64,000 bases of DNA, taken from positions 17,686 to 81,685 of the IMG/VR virus record IMGVR_UViG_3300025168_014097; one strand, given 5' to 3'. Under the pieces are notes generated by a model. That model was not told where the DNA came from. It searched no databases and was given only the letters and a program-made list of their open reading frames with translations. Below are positions 9,448 through 19,385 of the stretch, piece by piece. A program made the translations under genes and the position numbers. This DNA comes from a virus. Numbering within the stretch: the first letter of the stretch is position 1; every line of letters begins with the position of its first letter.

Positions 9448-10442
9448 GTTAAGTATCCCTCTTTATTTTTATTATACCATTCTATAGTTTTTTTGATTCC
9501 TTCATCAATATTAACTTCAGGCTTCCACCCTAACTCATCAAAAGCTTTTTGTGAATTAAGTGCTAATTTTGTATTAATGCTTGGCTTTGTCAAATCGTGA
9601 GTTATCGTCAGATTTTTTCCTGAGTGTTTTACTATTTTATTTACAATATCTTTTACCGAAATACTTGTACCATTTCCAACGTTATATAACTTGTATATAG
9701 ATTTTTGCAAATTTACAGCCTTATCAATAAAATTTACAACATCTGAAACATATAGTAGGTCTCGCTCAGTTGATCCATCTCCCCAAACTACCATTTCATC
9801 TCCTTCAGTTGCTTCCATTGCTTTTGTAATAGTTGCACCAAACATATGAGATTTTTCTAAATCGTATTTATCGTAAGGGCCGTAAGTGTTTGAATGACGT
9901 ATGACAGTATGTTTAGTTCTTCCTAATTTAGAGTAAAATTCACACATTTTTTCTACATAAACTTTTGTCCACCCAACTCCAAAATATGCATCAAATATAC
10001 CCTCATCTAATGAAAAATCCATCTCAGTTACTGGCGATCTTTCTGGATTGTACATTACTCCACAACTTAGAAATAAAAAGTGGCCAACATTATAATCATA
10101 ACATGCTCGTAACAATAATGAATTCATTACTGCATTGTCAGTAACATGTAGGTATGGCTTTTCTAATATATCCTTTGCTCCAGATGTATTTGCAGCTGCC
10201 ATAATTACAACATCGTATTGTGGTGTACGCTTAAATACATGATCTATTCCTGATTGTGTTGTTATATCACATGAGAGATGTTGTTGACCAGTTACACCTT
10301 TATATCTCCACGGTCTAGTATTACATACAGTCCATACATCATATTGCTCTGGCTTAGATTTATAATAATTGTAGATGTTCATTCCCATGAATCCAGTTGC
10401 ACCTACTATCAATACGCTAGTTTTATCTTGTTTTTTACTCAT
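9444..10442 (-). CDS. NAD-dependent NDP-sugar epimerase/reductase
   Basis: VGATGFMG, AANTSGA, NTYGPYD, VWGDGSTERDLLYVSD, YNVG. Confidence 0.82.
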   Translation of the reverse strand: MSKKQDKTSVLIVGATGFMGMNIYNYYKSKPEQYDVWTVCNTRPWRYKGVTGQQHLSCDITTQSGIDHVFKRTPQYDVVIMAAANTSGAKDILEKPYLHVTDNAVMNSLLLRACYDYNVGHFLFLSCGVMYNPERSPVTEMDFSLDEGIFDAYFGVGWTKVYVEKMCEFYSKLGRTKHTVIRHSNTYGPYDKYDLEKSHMFGATITKAMEATEGDEMVVWGDGSTERDLLYVSDVVNFIDKAVNLQKSIYKLYNVGNGTSISVKDIVNKIVKHSGKNLTITHDLTKPSINTKLALNSQKAFDELGWKPEVNIDEGIKKTIEWYNKNKEGYLT

Positions 10443-10467
10443 AACCTTTTCTTTTAATATTAATTGT

Positions 10468-10497
10468 AATATACGAAATTTATTTCAATTGTGCAAC
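10468..10497 (-). promoter_or_regulatory. Conserved phage early/middle promoter motif upstream of the sugar-biosynthesis operon
   Basis: Minus strand GTTGCAC-N17-TATATT, with TTTCG directly before TATATT. The same motif recurs 7-8 times at operon starts. Confidence 0.65.
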
Positions 10498-11265
10498 TTC
10501 CAAGCCATTTATTACACGTTGTACATCATCTTCTATTATGTTGTAATGTGCTGTGATTCCATCCGGTCTGGTTGGTGGTAATTCATCTCGCACGTGTTCT
10601 CCACCCATACATTTATGTGACAGTTGAATGTTAGGTTCAATAATTTCGAAATTATAACCTTTCGTTTTTGCTATATTATTCCAAACAGTCCATTTGGTAT
10701 CCGTAGATGCGTGAAACTCCATATAACCTTGGAGCTCTATAATTTTACTGTGGATAAATGGAATTGCAAGAAAGTCTTCAGTTGTAAACCCTTCCCCCGA
10801 AAATCCATTTACTCCATCTAAAAAAGTAGATTTTACGATACTCACTTTACCGCTATTGCTCTCCATTATACCTTCCCATCCAACCGTTTTCATAGTTACA
10901 TCATCGCTAAAAGGAAGTATGAATTCTCCTTCAGCTGCTGTAGCAAGTTCGTTCCACATCCTCCACAGATCTACATAACCTCCATACCTATCTCCTTTCA
11001 ATAACTTCATATCAAATACTTTATCGTATTTGTCTAATAAATGAAGATTGTCTAAAGTATTATGGTCATCATTATCAACACGTAAAATTATTTCTATCTT
11101 ATCTTTATGTTCTGTAGTATTGTAGATCGATTCTAATGATGGGATCAACCCTCCTTCTTGAGCAAATCCATCATTATGAAAAGTTGGTATCATTCTATTT
11201 CTTGTAGGCATGATTATAGATACCAACTTTTTATATTGGTTTGGTTTGATTGTAAATTCTTTCAT
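10480..11265 (-). CDS. Glycosyltransferase, GT-A fold (GT2-like)
   Basis: VSIIMPTRNR, EIILRVDNDD, WNELA..AEGEFILPFSDD. Confidence 0.75.
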   Translation of the reverse strand: MKEFTIKPNQYKKLVSIIMPTRNRMIPTFHNDGFAQEGGLIPSLESIYNTTEHKDKIEIILRVDNDDHNTLDNLHLLDKYDKVFDMKLLKGDRYGGYVDLWRMWNELATAAEGEFILPFSDDVTMKTVGWEGIMESNSGKVSIVKSTFLDGVNGFSGEGFTTEDFLAIPFIHSKIIELQGYMEFHASTDTKWTVWNNIAKTKGYNFEIIEPNIQLSHKCMGGEHVRDELPPTRPDGITAHYNIIEDDVQRVINGLEVAQLK

Positions 11266-11266
11266 A

Positions 11267-11965
11267 TTATATATCTACTTTTATCCATTTTAACCATCCT
11301 CGTATTTCTACTGTAAATTTTTCTTCAACATCAGCTGGTCTGAAATCCTTATCAGCATATTGTTGTCCTTCATGTAATATTTTTTCATTATTTTGGAAGT
11401 CTGTATCTGAATCTAGAGGTTTATTATCTTTATGGTGAAATGCATAAAACATTCCTTCATCATTTCTATGCCATTCTATATTTAATAACTCTTTTGCTCG
11501 AGTTCTCGTATCATCATCTTCCTTGCCCCATCCTATATACATAGAATTCAATCCTTTCATTTGATTCCAATGACTACGTGTTAAAATAAATACTCCTCCA
11601 GAATGATCACCAACATCTATGTGGAATTTTTGATATCCTAATGGAATATCCATCTTGCCTAAAGATTTATCATTTTCATCTAAGAATATAACATTTCTAA
11701 CTGGGTATGTTGGTTTATTGTCTATAACATCATATGATACATTGTCTGATGGCCAATGATCCACATCGTGAAATATAAGTACCTCACCCTGTGCTTGTTC
11801 TGCAGCTATATTATAGAGTGTATTCTTTCTAAACTTGTTAGCTCCTAACTGTTCTGATACAATAATCTCATACTCTGTATCTTTAAACTTTTCATGTAAT
11901 CGTGGTAATAACTTTTTAAGATGTTCTTCACGATCTCTGTATGTAATTATAATTGAATACTTCAT
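11267..11965 (-). CDS. Glycosyltransferase family 7 (galactosyltransferase-like)
   Basis: IIITYRDREEHL, FHDVD, GGV, GWGKEDDD. Confidence 0.85.
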   Translation of the reverse strand: MKYSIIITYRDREEHLKKLLPRLHEKFKDTEYEIIVSEQLGANKFRKNTLYNIAAEQAQGEVLIFHDVDHWPSDNVSYDVIDNKPTYPVRNVIFLDENDKSLGKMDIPLGYQKFHIDVGDHSGGVFILTRSHWNQMKGLNSMYIGWGKEDDDTRTRAKELLNIEWHRNDEGMFYAFHHKDNKPLDSDTDFQNNEKILHEGQQYADKDFRPADVEEKFTVEIRGWLKWIKVDI

Positions 11966-12837
11966 GATGAATACTTCTTTGTAAGTTTATCATACCATCC
12001 AGGCACTCGTTCATATTGATGTAGTATTGGAAATATATTTCCATCTTCATTCATTACATATCCATCATCATTCATAATAGGAGCTGGTTCAAGAATGGTG
12101 TCTCCTAATTTAGGTCTCGCCTCTATAAGTGCACCAATCTGTGCAGCCCAATATTCTTTCGTCCCTGCCCATTGAGTTCTATCCTTATATACTGTATTCA
12201 CTATCAGATTAAATGCTGGTTGATCTGAGTGCCATTGACCTACCGTCAGCAGGTATATATGGAGGCATAAATCGATTGCTGTATCTGCATTAGCTGCAAA
12301 GGAGCCCACATTAGATACCATCATATCGTTTGCAAGATTCATAAATGTAATATCTCCAAACGATTTTCTGAAATTGTCTCTGTTCCAAGGTTCATTCCAA
12401 TACTTCACACTTTCCGATGGTGAAATAATCTCTTTGGTCATATTATGATCTAACCATACAGTTGGATCATTCTGGAATATAATATCTCTCACGTCTGTAT
12501 GTATTATGCGATTGAATGTTCTTCCTTCTGATCTAAATTGGCATAGGAGCTGCCACATGTGAAAAAATCGTACATTATGTACTAGTAGATGTGCATTGGA
12601 TGCATTTACTTGACTGCTGTTTGTTATGAAGTTATCTACGACTTGCCCTTTTGCATCTGTCGTTATTTCATATACTTCTATATCATTCTCACGGAGCTCA
12701 TCTATAAGTGCTTTATTAGAGTTATAAGATACCAATATCTTGTCTCCTTTAAATCCACACTGATTAACTGAATTTACCCAATTTTGTATTTGATCGAATT
12801 GATAATCTCCAATCGCTCCTATTATTAAATCCTTCAT
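11962..12837 (-). CDS. Putative GT-A nucleotide-sugar transferase
   Basis: RF...HTDVRDIIFQNDP, NVG, DQPAFN, HQYER; sits among glycosyltransferases. Confidence 0.65.
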   Translation of the reverse strand: MKDLIIGAIGDYQFDQIQNWVNSVNQCGFKGDKILVSYNSNKALIDELRENDIEVYEITTDAKGQVVDNFITNSSQVNASNAHLLVHNVRFFHMWQLLCQFRSEGRTFNRIIHTDVRDIIFQNDPTVWLDHNMTKEIISPSESVKYWNEPWNRDNFRKSFGDITFMNLANDMMVSNVGSFAANADTAIDLCLHIYLLTVGQWHSDQPAFNLIVNTVYKDRTQWAGTKEYWAAQIGALIEARPKLGDTILEPAPIMNDDGYVMNEDGNIFPILHQYERVPGWYDKLTKKYSS

Positions 12838-13460
12838 TATATTCCTCTATAGAATTCGTTTTGTGCTTCTTGTTTTGTTATTGATTTATGGTGTTGTATG
12901 GCGTATTTTGCATCGAATGGTAATCTACCGAATGCCTCATATCCATCTAACCGTTCGTGTACTGGTTGTATCCATTTTATGATTCCATTATTTTTATATA
13001 TCCGCATTTGAGCATCTGGCCAGTTAATCCAATTTTTATCATTTACCTGCCAGTTCCACTTCTCTACATGCTCATCAGTGATTCCTTCTACTGTATTCAC
13101 TCTTGGCATCCAGATTGCATCAACTTCATCATTCATCTTTATTATATCAGGTAATATACGAATTAAATCTAAGGGAAGCAACTCATCCGCATCTAAATTC
13201 ACAATCCAATCTCCTGAGCATTTGCTTGTTAAAAAATTCTTCTGTGCTGCAAAGTCTTTATTGAGTGGATGAGTATACCATTTGAAATGGTTGTTACTTC
13301 GCGCATATGAATCACATATGAATTGAACTTTTTTTGTATGAGTCGTTTCATCTAAGACTACGACTACTTCGTCTGAAGTTCTAATATTTTCTAGCGATGT
13401 TAATAGTTCGTTGAGTTCTCTAGCTTCATTACATGCTAGTATTGCATAACTAATTTTCAT
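12837..13460 (-). CDS. Glycosyltransferase family 2
   Basis: ISYAILACNE, DFAAQKN, WIVNLDADE, WPDAQMR, VHE. Confidence 0.85.
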   Translation of the reverse strand: MKISYAILACNEARELNELLTSLENIRTSDEVVVVLDETTHTKKVQFICDSYARSNNHFKWYTHPLNKDFAAQKNFLTSKCSGDWIVNLDADELLPLDLIRILPDIIKMNDEVDAIWMPRVNTVEGITDEHVEKWNWQVNDKNWINWPDAQMRIYKNNGIIKWIQPVHERLDGYEAFGRLPFDAKYAIQHHKSITKQEAQNEFYRGI

Positions 13461-13466
13461 AACGTA

Positions 13467-14030
13467 TTATTCCTTAGGCGGTTTTGGTGGTGCGGTAAAA
13501 TCCATTTTATATTGTATATCTGTAAAATTATACTGTACTACGTGACATCCTTTAATTCTATCTATATCGTAACTTCGATAATTTTCAACAAGTGCTTTTA
13601 TACCTTTAATCCTGTCCCATTTAGCAAGTCCGTTCATCCCTGGAATATCTATGATTGGTATGAGGTTCCTGGCTACTCGAGTGACTGTTGGTTCTGGATG
13701 TTTGGGTTGTACTCGGGCTCCTATTTTAGGACCTGCCCACTGAACATCATAAGGCCTTGCTGCGAATATTAGGAATTGAGTTGGGGTAATTTTTTCCAAG
13801 TCTATTCCCCACATATAGAATCCACGTGAATCAACATCATCTCCTCCTCCAGCTTGTCTTCCAAAATAAGGATCCGATACCCATAATAATCTTTTAACGT
13901 TTCTCGGTCCTTTTGGAGACTTTCCACTCCTATGATACGAACTTTGATACATGAATTCAACAATCATTCCTGCTTCTACCTTCATCTTACTTATCGGAAA
14001 CTTTACCTTTGTATGTACGGCTGGATGCAT
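13467..14030 (-). CDS. Hypothetical protein
   Basis: 187-aa ORF packed tightly between its neighbours; no motif recognised. Confidence 0.6.
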   Translation of the reverse strand: MHPAVHTKVKFPISKMKVEAGMIVEFMYQSSYHRSGKSPKGPRNVKRLLWVSDPYFGRQAGGGDDVDSRGFYMWGIDLEKITPTQFLIFAARPYDVQWAGPKIGARVQPKHPEPTVTRVARNLIPIIDIPGMNGLAKWDRIKGIKALVENYRSYDIDRIKGCHVVQYNFTDIQYKMDFTAPPKPPKE

Positions 14031-14031
14031 A

Positions 14032-14499
14032 TTATTTTGTTTCTTCGATTACTAGGCCTAAATTAGCTATTGCATCTGCAAATTGCCAACTTTCATATGC
14101 TATACTATTTTCCATATCAAGTCTATTAGTATAGAATTTTCCGTCTTGACCTTCAATTGGCCATTTTTGTTGTTCTTCTTCTGGAATTTCTATCTCAGGA
14201 GCAAATCTATACCCCCACTGATCCTTACTTGTTCCATCAGGAAAAACTATACCTTTTTCTGGAATTTGTATTACTGATGGGATCCAAACTATTCCTCGTG
14301 CCTCATCTTCAACTGCCAAATCTGTAATTAATTGTGGAGCATCTCTTAGCACATTTTCAATTGCTTCTGATCCTATTTTGTAATGTTCATTTGACGCATA
14401 CCCACAATCAAATGACATATATGCGTCGCCTTCTTCAAGTCTTTCGTGGAAGCAATTACCTAATCCATCCACCGGACATGTTATTTTTGTTCTAGACAT
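14032..14499 (-). CDS. Hypothetical protein with N-terminal Cys motif
   Basis: 155-aa ORF (CP..C...CG) with a GGAG RBS, in operon context. Confidence 0.65.
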   Translation of the reverse strand: MSRTKITCPVDGLGNCFHERLEEGDAYMSFDCGYASNEHYKIGSEAIENVLRDAPQLITDLAVEDEARGIVWIPSVIQIPEKGIVFPDGTSKDQWGYRFAPEIEIPEEEQQKWPIEGQDGKFYTNRLDMENSIAYESWQFADAIANLGLVIEETK

Positions 14500-14501
14500 T
14501 A

Positions 14502-15806
14502 TTATTCTCCCGCTTTTTGTAAGGTTGGTAACTCAATTGAATCAAATGATGGTAACGTCATTGGTATTTCCGATGCTGGTTTTGGAACATACTTTTCAAC
14601 TAGTTGTGTGAACTTATCATTCATCACATCCATACTGCCATTTTTTGTTATATAATGACGTTGACGTCTTCCCAAATCTTTAATATTTTTATATTTATTA
14701 AATGCATCTTGCATTGCTTTTTTAGCAAATTTATAGTTTGCATAAAACCAAGATGATTCTTTCAATATAACCTTATCCCAGACTGCACTTTCATGAACTG
14801 GAGTTACACTACCGACGAGTCTAACTGAATGTTTTAGAAAGTCCTTGTGTCCGGACCACCACGTTGATATGATTGGCTTTCCACTTGTACTGAATTCTGC
14901 TAATGGTCGCCCATACCCCTCTCCGTGAGTAAATGATACCATAGTTTTTACCTTTGGATGATTGTATAGTGAGTTTACTTCTGAATCTGTTAGTTCACCA
15001 TGAATAAGATAAATCTTTGGTGGATTATCAAATCTATCAGTGATATCTTTAATCTTAGCTTTCATTTGCTCTCTATCAATTATACTGAAGGTTGCATGTG
15101 ATGTTTTTAGAATCATTGCAGGTTGTTTTGATTTACCATCAAACGCACTACAAAATGTTTCAATACATCCTCCGATATCTTTCCTGTCGTGGGTATGACC
15201 TCCTGATAGCCAATGACCCATTTGTAAGAAGCAGAAATCTTCTGGTATTACATCAAGCATTTCTTGAATAGATGTATCTATAGTATTTTTAGAATCGTGC
15301 TTAGTTATGGCAAAATAAGTATCTAGATCCACTCCTTCTAACAAAACTTCTATTGGTTTTTGTAACTGTAGTTTTGCGACCTCATTCCCATTATCCATTT
15401 TGGAATATACAGTCTCTATCAAAGTTTGCTTAGAATGGTGGGAAGGTACAATTATTAGATCCATTCTATTACATCCATCTAACCATTCATTATGTACTAA
15501 TGTAGTTTCCATACCAGCTGTTATTCCTATATTGTAATTCCCTAACGGTTGAAATTCGTTTGGTACTGATAGTTGTACAAATACGTCTGGTTTTGGAAGA
15601 CTACCTGCTTGTGGGTTATGTATTAAATTAGTGATATCACTATCACCTTCTCCTAATGCATTCATTGGAGTGTTTCCCCACCTTAAGCTAATTACCTTTA
15701 TATCAAATTTATCCATTGCAATTAAACTTCTTACAAGATCTCTTGCATGATCACCATATCCTGATCTAGTTGCTATTGGTCCTTGAAATACTAAAAATGG
15801 TCTCAT
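14502..15806 (-). CDS. Glycosyltransferase, GT-B fold (GT4-like)
   Basis: TRSGYG, RKD, HGEGYGRPLAE...GKPII..WSGHKDF. Confidence 0.82.
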   Translation of the reverse strand: MRPFLVFQGPIATRSGYGDHARDLVRSLIAMDKFDIKVISLRWGNTPMNALGEGDSDITNLIHNPQAGSLPKPDVFVQLSVPNEFQPLGNYNIGITAGMETTLVHNEWLDGCNRMDLIIVPSHHSKQTLIETVYSKMDNGNEVAKLQLQKPIEVLLEGVDLDTYFAITKHDSKNTIDTSIQEMLDVIPEDFCFLQMGHWLSGGHTHDRKDIGGCIETFCSAFDGKSKQPAMILKTSHATFSIIDREQMKAKIKDITDRFDNPPKIYLIHGELTDSEVNSLYNHPKVKTMVSFTHGEGYGRPLAEFSTSGKPIISTWWSGHKDFLKHSVRLVGSVTPVHESAVWDKVILKESSWFYANYKFAKKAMQDAFNKYKNIKDLGRRQRHYITKNGSMDVMNDKFTQLVEKYVPKPASEIPMTLPSFDSIELPTLQKAGE

Positions 15807-17293
15807 TGTTTATCTCCTAATATACTGTCAAAAATTATCCCAGATGGGTACTTTGGTGTTGGTGTTGACATATCTAACATTGCAAATTTTGGTCTAGGTT
15901 TCCACACATCTAACGTTGTTTCAACTGCATTTATAAAGTCATTGCACATATCTTCTGATTTGAATCCAGTTGCCATAGCCCACGTTCGACCTGCCATACC
16001 TCTACGATTCCGTTCGTCTGGTCCTAACTTATATACTTCCACCATTTTCTTTGCAATATCTTTTACACTTGCTCTACTATCATAAATGTATGGTGTTTGT
16101 GGCGATCCTTGTAGATTTATTTGTGGGAATACTGGAAATGCCCATTCACCATGCTTTTTATGCTTTCCATTACTATTCGACGGCCAGGTGTCTGTATAAT
16201 CAGTTTCCTTGATCAACGAGCCATCCTCTTTTACAAAACCGCATTGGTCTTGTAATCCACCAGTTACGTTTACAAGTACTGGAGTTCCTGACATTATAGT
16301 CTCCATGCAACTTAATCCAAATCCTTCTGCTGAACTTGTATTAATTCCACAATCTGATATATTATAAAAATAGTTTAATGTTCTTGAATCTATCTTTGCT
16401 GTAGAGAATCCGACTTTATAATCAGCACAGAGTGCTTTAGCTACTGCTGGAAGATCAGTACCATTTGGATCTACTGTATCCGTGTGTAAAAGGAATAAGC
16501 ACTTATCTGCTTGTTCTTTTGGAAGTGTATCACAGAAAAGTCTATATGCTAACATAGCGTCTGATACCATTTTCCTTCTGATATTTCTACTGTTAAACGT
16601 AAATATCATTTCTGCATCTATATTATCTCCAAGCAATTCTACTTTAAAGTTTTGCATATCATTCCACTCTGGGTGGTCATCAGCTATCGGATAATATTCA
16701 CTTGGATTGATACCATGAGGTACGTAGAATAAATCTTTTCCTTCTACTCTAGGTTTTCGTTGACAGACGTGTTTGTTAATATTATACGTTTGCTTTGAGA
16801 TAGCCATAATAAAATCACACGACTCATATGCATTTTCATTCCAATGAGGAAATGGAAGATCATCCCATATATTTAGATATCCTAAAGGTATAGTTTGTCT
16901 GATTTCATGTTCCATTTGATATAACCATTCCCAAAATCTAGGATCCGTAAAGTGAATAATTACATCTGGTTTTTCTTGGTTTATGACATGTCTTAATAGA
17001 TCTGGATTGCCATATCCATCAGTTGGATATATTTTGCAATATGCATTTTGAACCCCAGTTTCTTTTACAAGATCTTGAGATATATCCACTAGCTTTCCTC
17101 CATCTGGATGTTTGATTGCTCCTCCTATTTGAACCCAATCATATTTATGACACGTACCTTTTACTGTATTACGAGATACTGTTCCCACACCTGAGTGCAT
17201 TCTCATATCATCTGATAATAGTAAAATTTTCTTTTTTGCTTGAATAGGCTGATTATGTACCATTGAATTAGTTGGTAAATTTTGAATTTCCAT
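15803..17293 (-). CDS. Glycosyltransferase, GT-B fold (GT4-like)
   Basis: SDD..HSGVG, VPHGI, RNIRRK, SSAEGFGLSCME...GTP..TGGLQDQ. Confidence 0.85.
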   Translation of the reverse strand: MEIQNLPTNSMVHNQPIQAKKKILLLSDDMRMHSGVGTVSRNTVKGTCHKYDWVQIGGAIKHPDGGKLVDISQDLVKETGVQNAYCKIYPTDGYGNPDLLRHVINQEKPDVIIHFTDPRFWEWLYQMEHEIRQTIPLGYLNIWDDLPFPHWNENAYESCDFIMAISKQTYNINKHVCQRKPRVEGKDLFYVPHGINPSEYYPIADDHPEWNDMQNFKVELLGDNIDAEMIFTFNSRNIRRKMVSDAMLAYRLFCDTLPKEQADKCLFLLHTDTVDPNGTDLPAVAKALCADYKVGFSTAKIDSRTLNYFYNISDCGINTSSAEGFGLSCMETIMSGTPVLVNVTGGLQDQCGFVKEDGSLIKETDYTDTWPSNSNGKHKKHGEWAFPVFPQINLQGSPQTPYIYDSRASVKDIAKKMVEVYKLGPDERNRRGMAGRTWAMATGFKSEDMCNDFINAVETTLDVWKPRPKFAMLDMSTPTPKYPSGIIFDSILGDKQ

Positions 17294-17315
17294 ATATTAT
17301 AACCCTTTTTTTTAT

Positions 17316-17504
17316 TTATAAGTTTCGTCCTAAGGTCTCCACCCTATTTATTTTCTTTCTAAACGATTCCTCATTAACATATAAGTATATCGATCGATTA
17401 ACTAATTTTTGTAAATTTATATCTGTTTCTAGACAAGTTTTTTTGAAATCTTTACGCAGTCCTTCTTTAATTTTGACTGACGTGAGTCGTATTTCTTCCG
17501 GCAT
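17316..17504 (-). CDS. Small ribbon-helix-helix-like DNA-binding protein
   Basis: LTSVKI strand followed by two helices (FKKTC...LQKLVNRSIYLY). Start placed at ATG 17504, behind GGGAG. Confidence 0.5.
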   Translation of the reverse strand: MPEEIRLTSVKIKEGLRKDFKKTCLETDINLQKLVNRSIYLYVNEESFRKKINRVETLGRNL

Positions 17505-17548
17505 AACTGTTCTCCCTTTATATATACATATATACGAGTCGTACAAAA

Positions 17549-17947
17549 CTAACTAATTATTACAACTTTTTTCTTATATTTTTTAGCTTCACTTATCGTA
17601 TGATTAGTTTCTTTACCATCCTCTCCATTTGGAGTAAATATTATCATTACATCACAGTATTTTGCTAGCATAGTGTTTCTCGTAAAGAAGTTTCCTGGGT
17701 TGTATGTCTTATTATAATAATTTTCATGTAATGCTGAATATAAATTTTTTGGAGTGTGAGATGGATTGAACTCTAAGTATTCACATCCTAACTCTAACGC
17801 ATATTTCTTTGCATATTTATCCGCTCCTTGTTTGCATCCACTAGATGCTATTAATAAAGATTCACACTCATTCTTCAATTTATATATACATTCTTTTATC
17901 TTACGTTTATTTTCGTAATTGCGACTACCTACAATACCAACCTTCAT
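17549..17947 (-). CDS. SLOG/DprA-like nucleotide-binding protein
   Basis: MKVGIVGSR, SGCKQGAD, RN..LAKYCD, T.HTI..AKK..KKV. Confidence 0.7.
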   Translation of the reverse strand: MKVGIVGSRNYENKRKIKECIYKLKNECESLLIASSGCKQGADKYAKKYALELGCEYLEFNPSHTPKNLYSALHENYYNKTYNPGNFFTRNTMLAKYCDVMIIFTPNGEDGKETNHTISEAKKYKKKVVIIS

Positions 17948-18171
17948 AATTTTATCACCAATTTACCTTCATTCGGTGAATAACGTTCCAGTACTTCTAA
18001 GTTATATTCATCTAGTACTTCACATACTAGCTCTTTCATTCTATCACTATATCCAGTTACTATTTCAAATCTTTGCACTGGTTTGTCTGCTAGAATAATA
18101 TCATTGATAAATTTATCTACGATATCATATACATCTCTATGTCGTATTCCATGTAGATCTAATTTATTCAA
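17944..18171 (-). CDS. Stand-alone Smr-like domain protein
   Basis: LDLHG, IVTG and NEG motifs typical of Smr domains. Confidence 0.6.
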   Translation of the reverse strand: MNKLDLHGIRHRDVYDIVDKFINDIILADKPVQRFEIVTGYSDRMKELVCEVLDEYNLEVLERYSPNEGKLVIKL

Positions 18172-19063
18172 CTACTCTCTCCTTTGATGGACATAAGTCT
18201 GGTCGAGTCTTGAAGTCACAGTATTTACAATTTTTATTATTCTTTCCTTTGACTGCAATGTAATCACGATCCGTATTATGCGATCCATCTACATTGAAAG
18301 CAGATCTAACAAACTCATCTACCGAGCTATTAATCTTATTCATGGTAGGCTTACCTGCAGCTGGATTAAATATTTGTACTCTCTTTTGTGGAAAGTCCAT
18401 GTTTTCATATAGCTTGCGTTTTACAATAAAATATTCCACTCTGATATTATCTAATGGTACGTTGAACTGCTTTGCATAATACGATTTATATAATACCAAC
18501 TGAGCAGTTTTAGTCGAATCAGCTTTCTGATACTTATTCCATCCCATTGTACTAGTTTTGATATCAATGATCTTATAAGTATTATCTCTAGTATCTTTAA
18601 TAATCAAATCAATATAACCTCTGAACTTCACATTCTGATTTACACTCATAGGAACAAGTAATGGTACCTCTACACCAATGAGTTCATGATTCTTTTTCTG
18701 GAAGTATTCTCCTCGTTTACTCAATACATAATCTAATATCAGAATACCATGTTCGTAGAATTCACCCATTTCAGCTGCATTAGTAAATTTAGGATCTTGT
18801 CCCATAGCACATGCTTTGCGATATTCTTTAGCCATCATCTTTTTCAAGATTTCATGCCAGTCTTCCTTATTAGCAGCTACTGCTGATTCTTCATACATAA
18901 TAGTAAGATACGATTGTAGAGTTTCGTGGAACGCACTACCGAATAATGTATGTATTGATTGTGTATATACAGATAACTTATCTACATAGTTAAGCTTCCA
19001 CTGACGTGGACAGTTAGCATACTGAGTATACTGTGAGTATGATATTTTATTTCCAGTCGCCAT
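18164..19063 (-). CDS. PD-(D/E)XK exonuclease (Cas4/RecB-like, probable Fe-S)
   Basis: SYSQ...CP, GSAFHE, GYIDL, IIDIKT, QLVLY, C-terminal CKYCDF...CP. Confidence 0.82.
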   Translation of the reverse strand: MATGNKISYSQYTQYANCPRQWKLNYVDKLSVYTQSIHTLFGSAFHETLQSYLTIMYEESAVAANKEDWHEILKKMMAKEYRKACAMGQDPKFTNAAEMGEFYEHGILILDYVLSKRGEYFQKKNHELIGVEVPLLVPMSVNQNVKFRGYIDLIIKDTRDNTYKIIDIKTSTMGWNKYQKADSTKTAQLVLYKSYYAKQFNVPLDNIRVEYFIVKRKLYENMDFPQKRVQIFNPAAGKPTMNKINSSVDEFVRSAFNVDGSHNTDRDYIAVKGKNNKNCKYCDFKTRPDLCPSKERVVE

Positions 19064-19385
19064 TGATTACTATTTGTGATATTATTCCATATATTGATAG
19101 ATCCTGAAACGTATCTTTTACAGATTCAGTTGTTACTTTTGCATCTTGCTTCAACAGTACTAATTGCTTTAATCTTTGAATCTTATCATTCATTCTAAAC
19201 CATAATCCTGTTAATGCAACATGTACTTCTTGCTCAGTCTCTAAATTAGATCCTACTGATATATTACCTTTACCATAATCCATCATCTTACTGGCAAACA
19301 ATTCATATTGTTCTGCATGTATCTGTTCATATGCTTTTGCAATGTCTGGATACTTAGCTTTCAACTCGTCTCTACTATTCGTCAT
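19047..19385 (-). CDS. DUF1599 / nucleotide-modification-associated domain 1 protein
   Basis: K..DYG..N, R.NDK..RL, ESV.DT..DL..YGII pattern. Confidence 0.7.
   Translation of the reverse strand: MTNSRDELKAKYPDIAKAYEQIHAEQYELFASKMMDYGKGNISVGSNLETEQEVHVALTGLWFRMNDKIQRLKQLVLLKQDAKVTTESVKDTFQDLSIYGIISQIVINGDWK

Noticed and set aside
18164-19063. Cas4-like nuclease as evidence of a CRISPR system
   Set aside because: No repeat-spacer array or other cas genes were seen. Solo Cas4-like exonucleases are common in phage replication modules.
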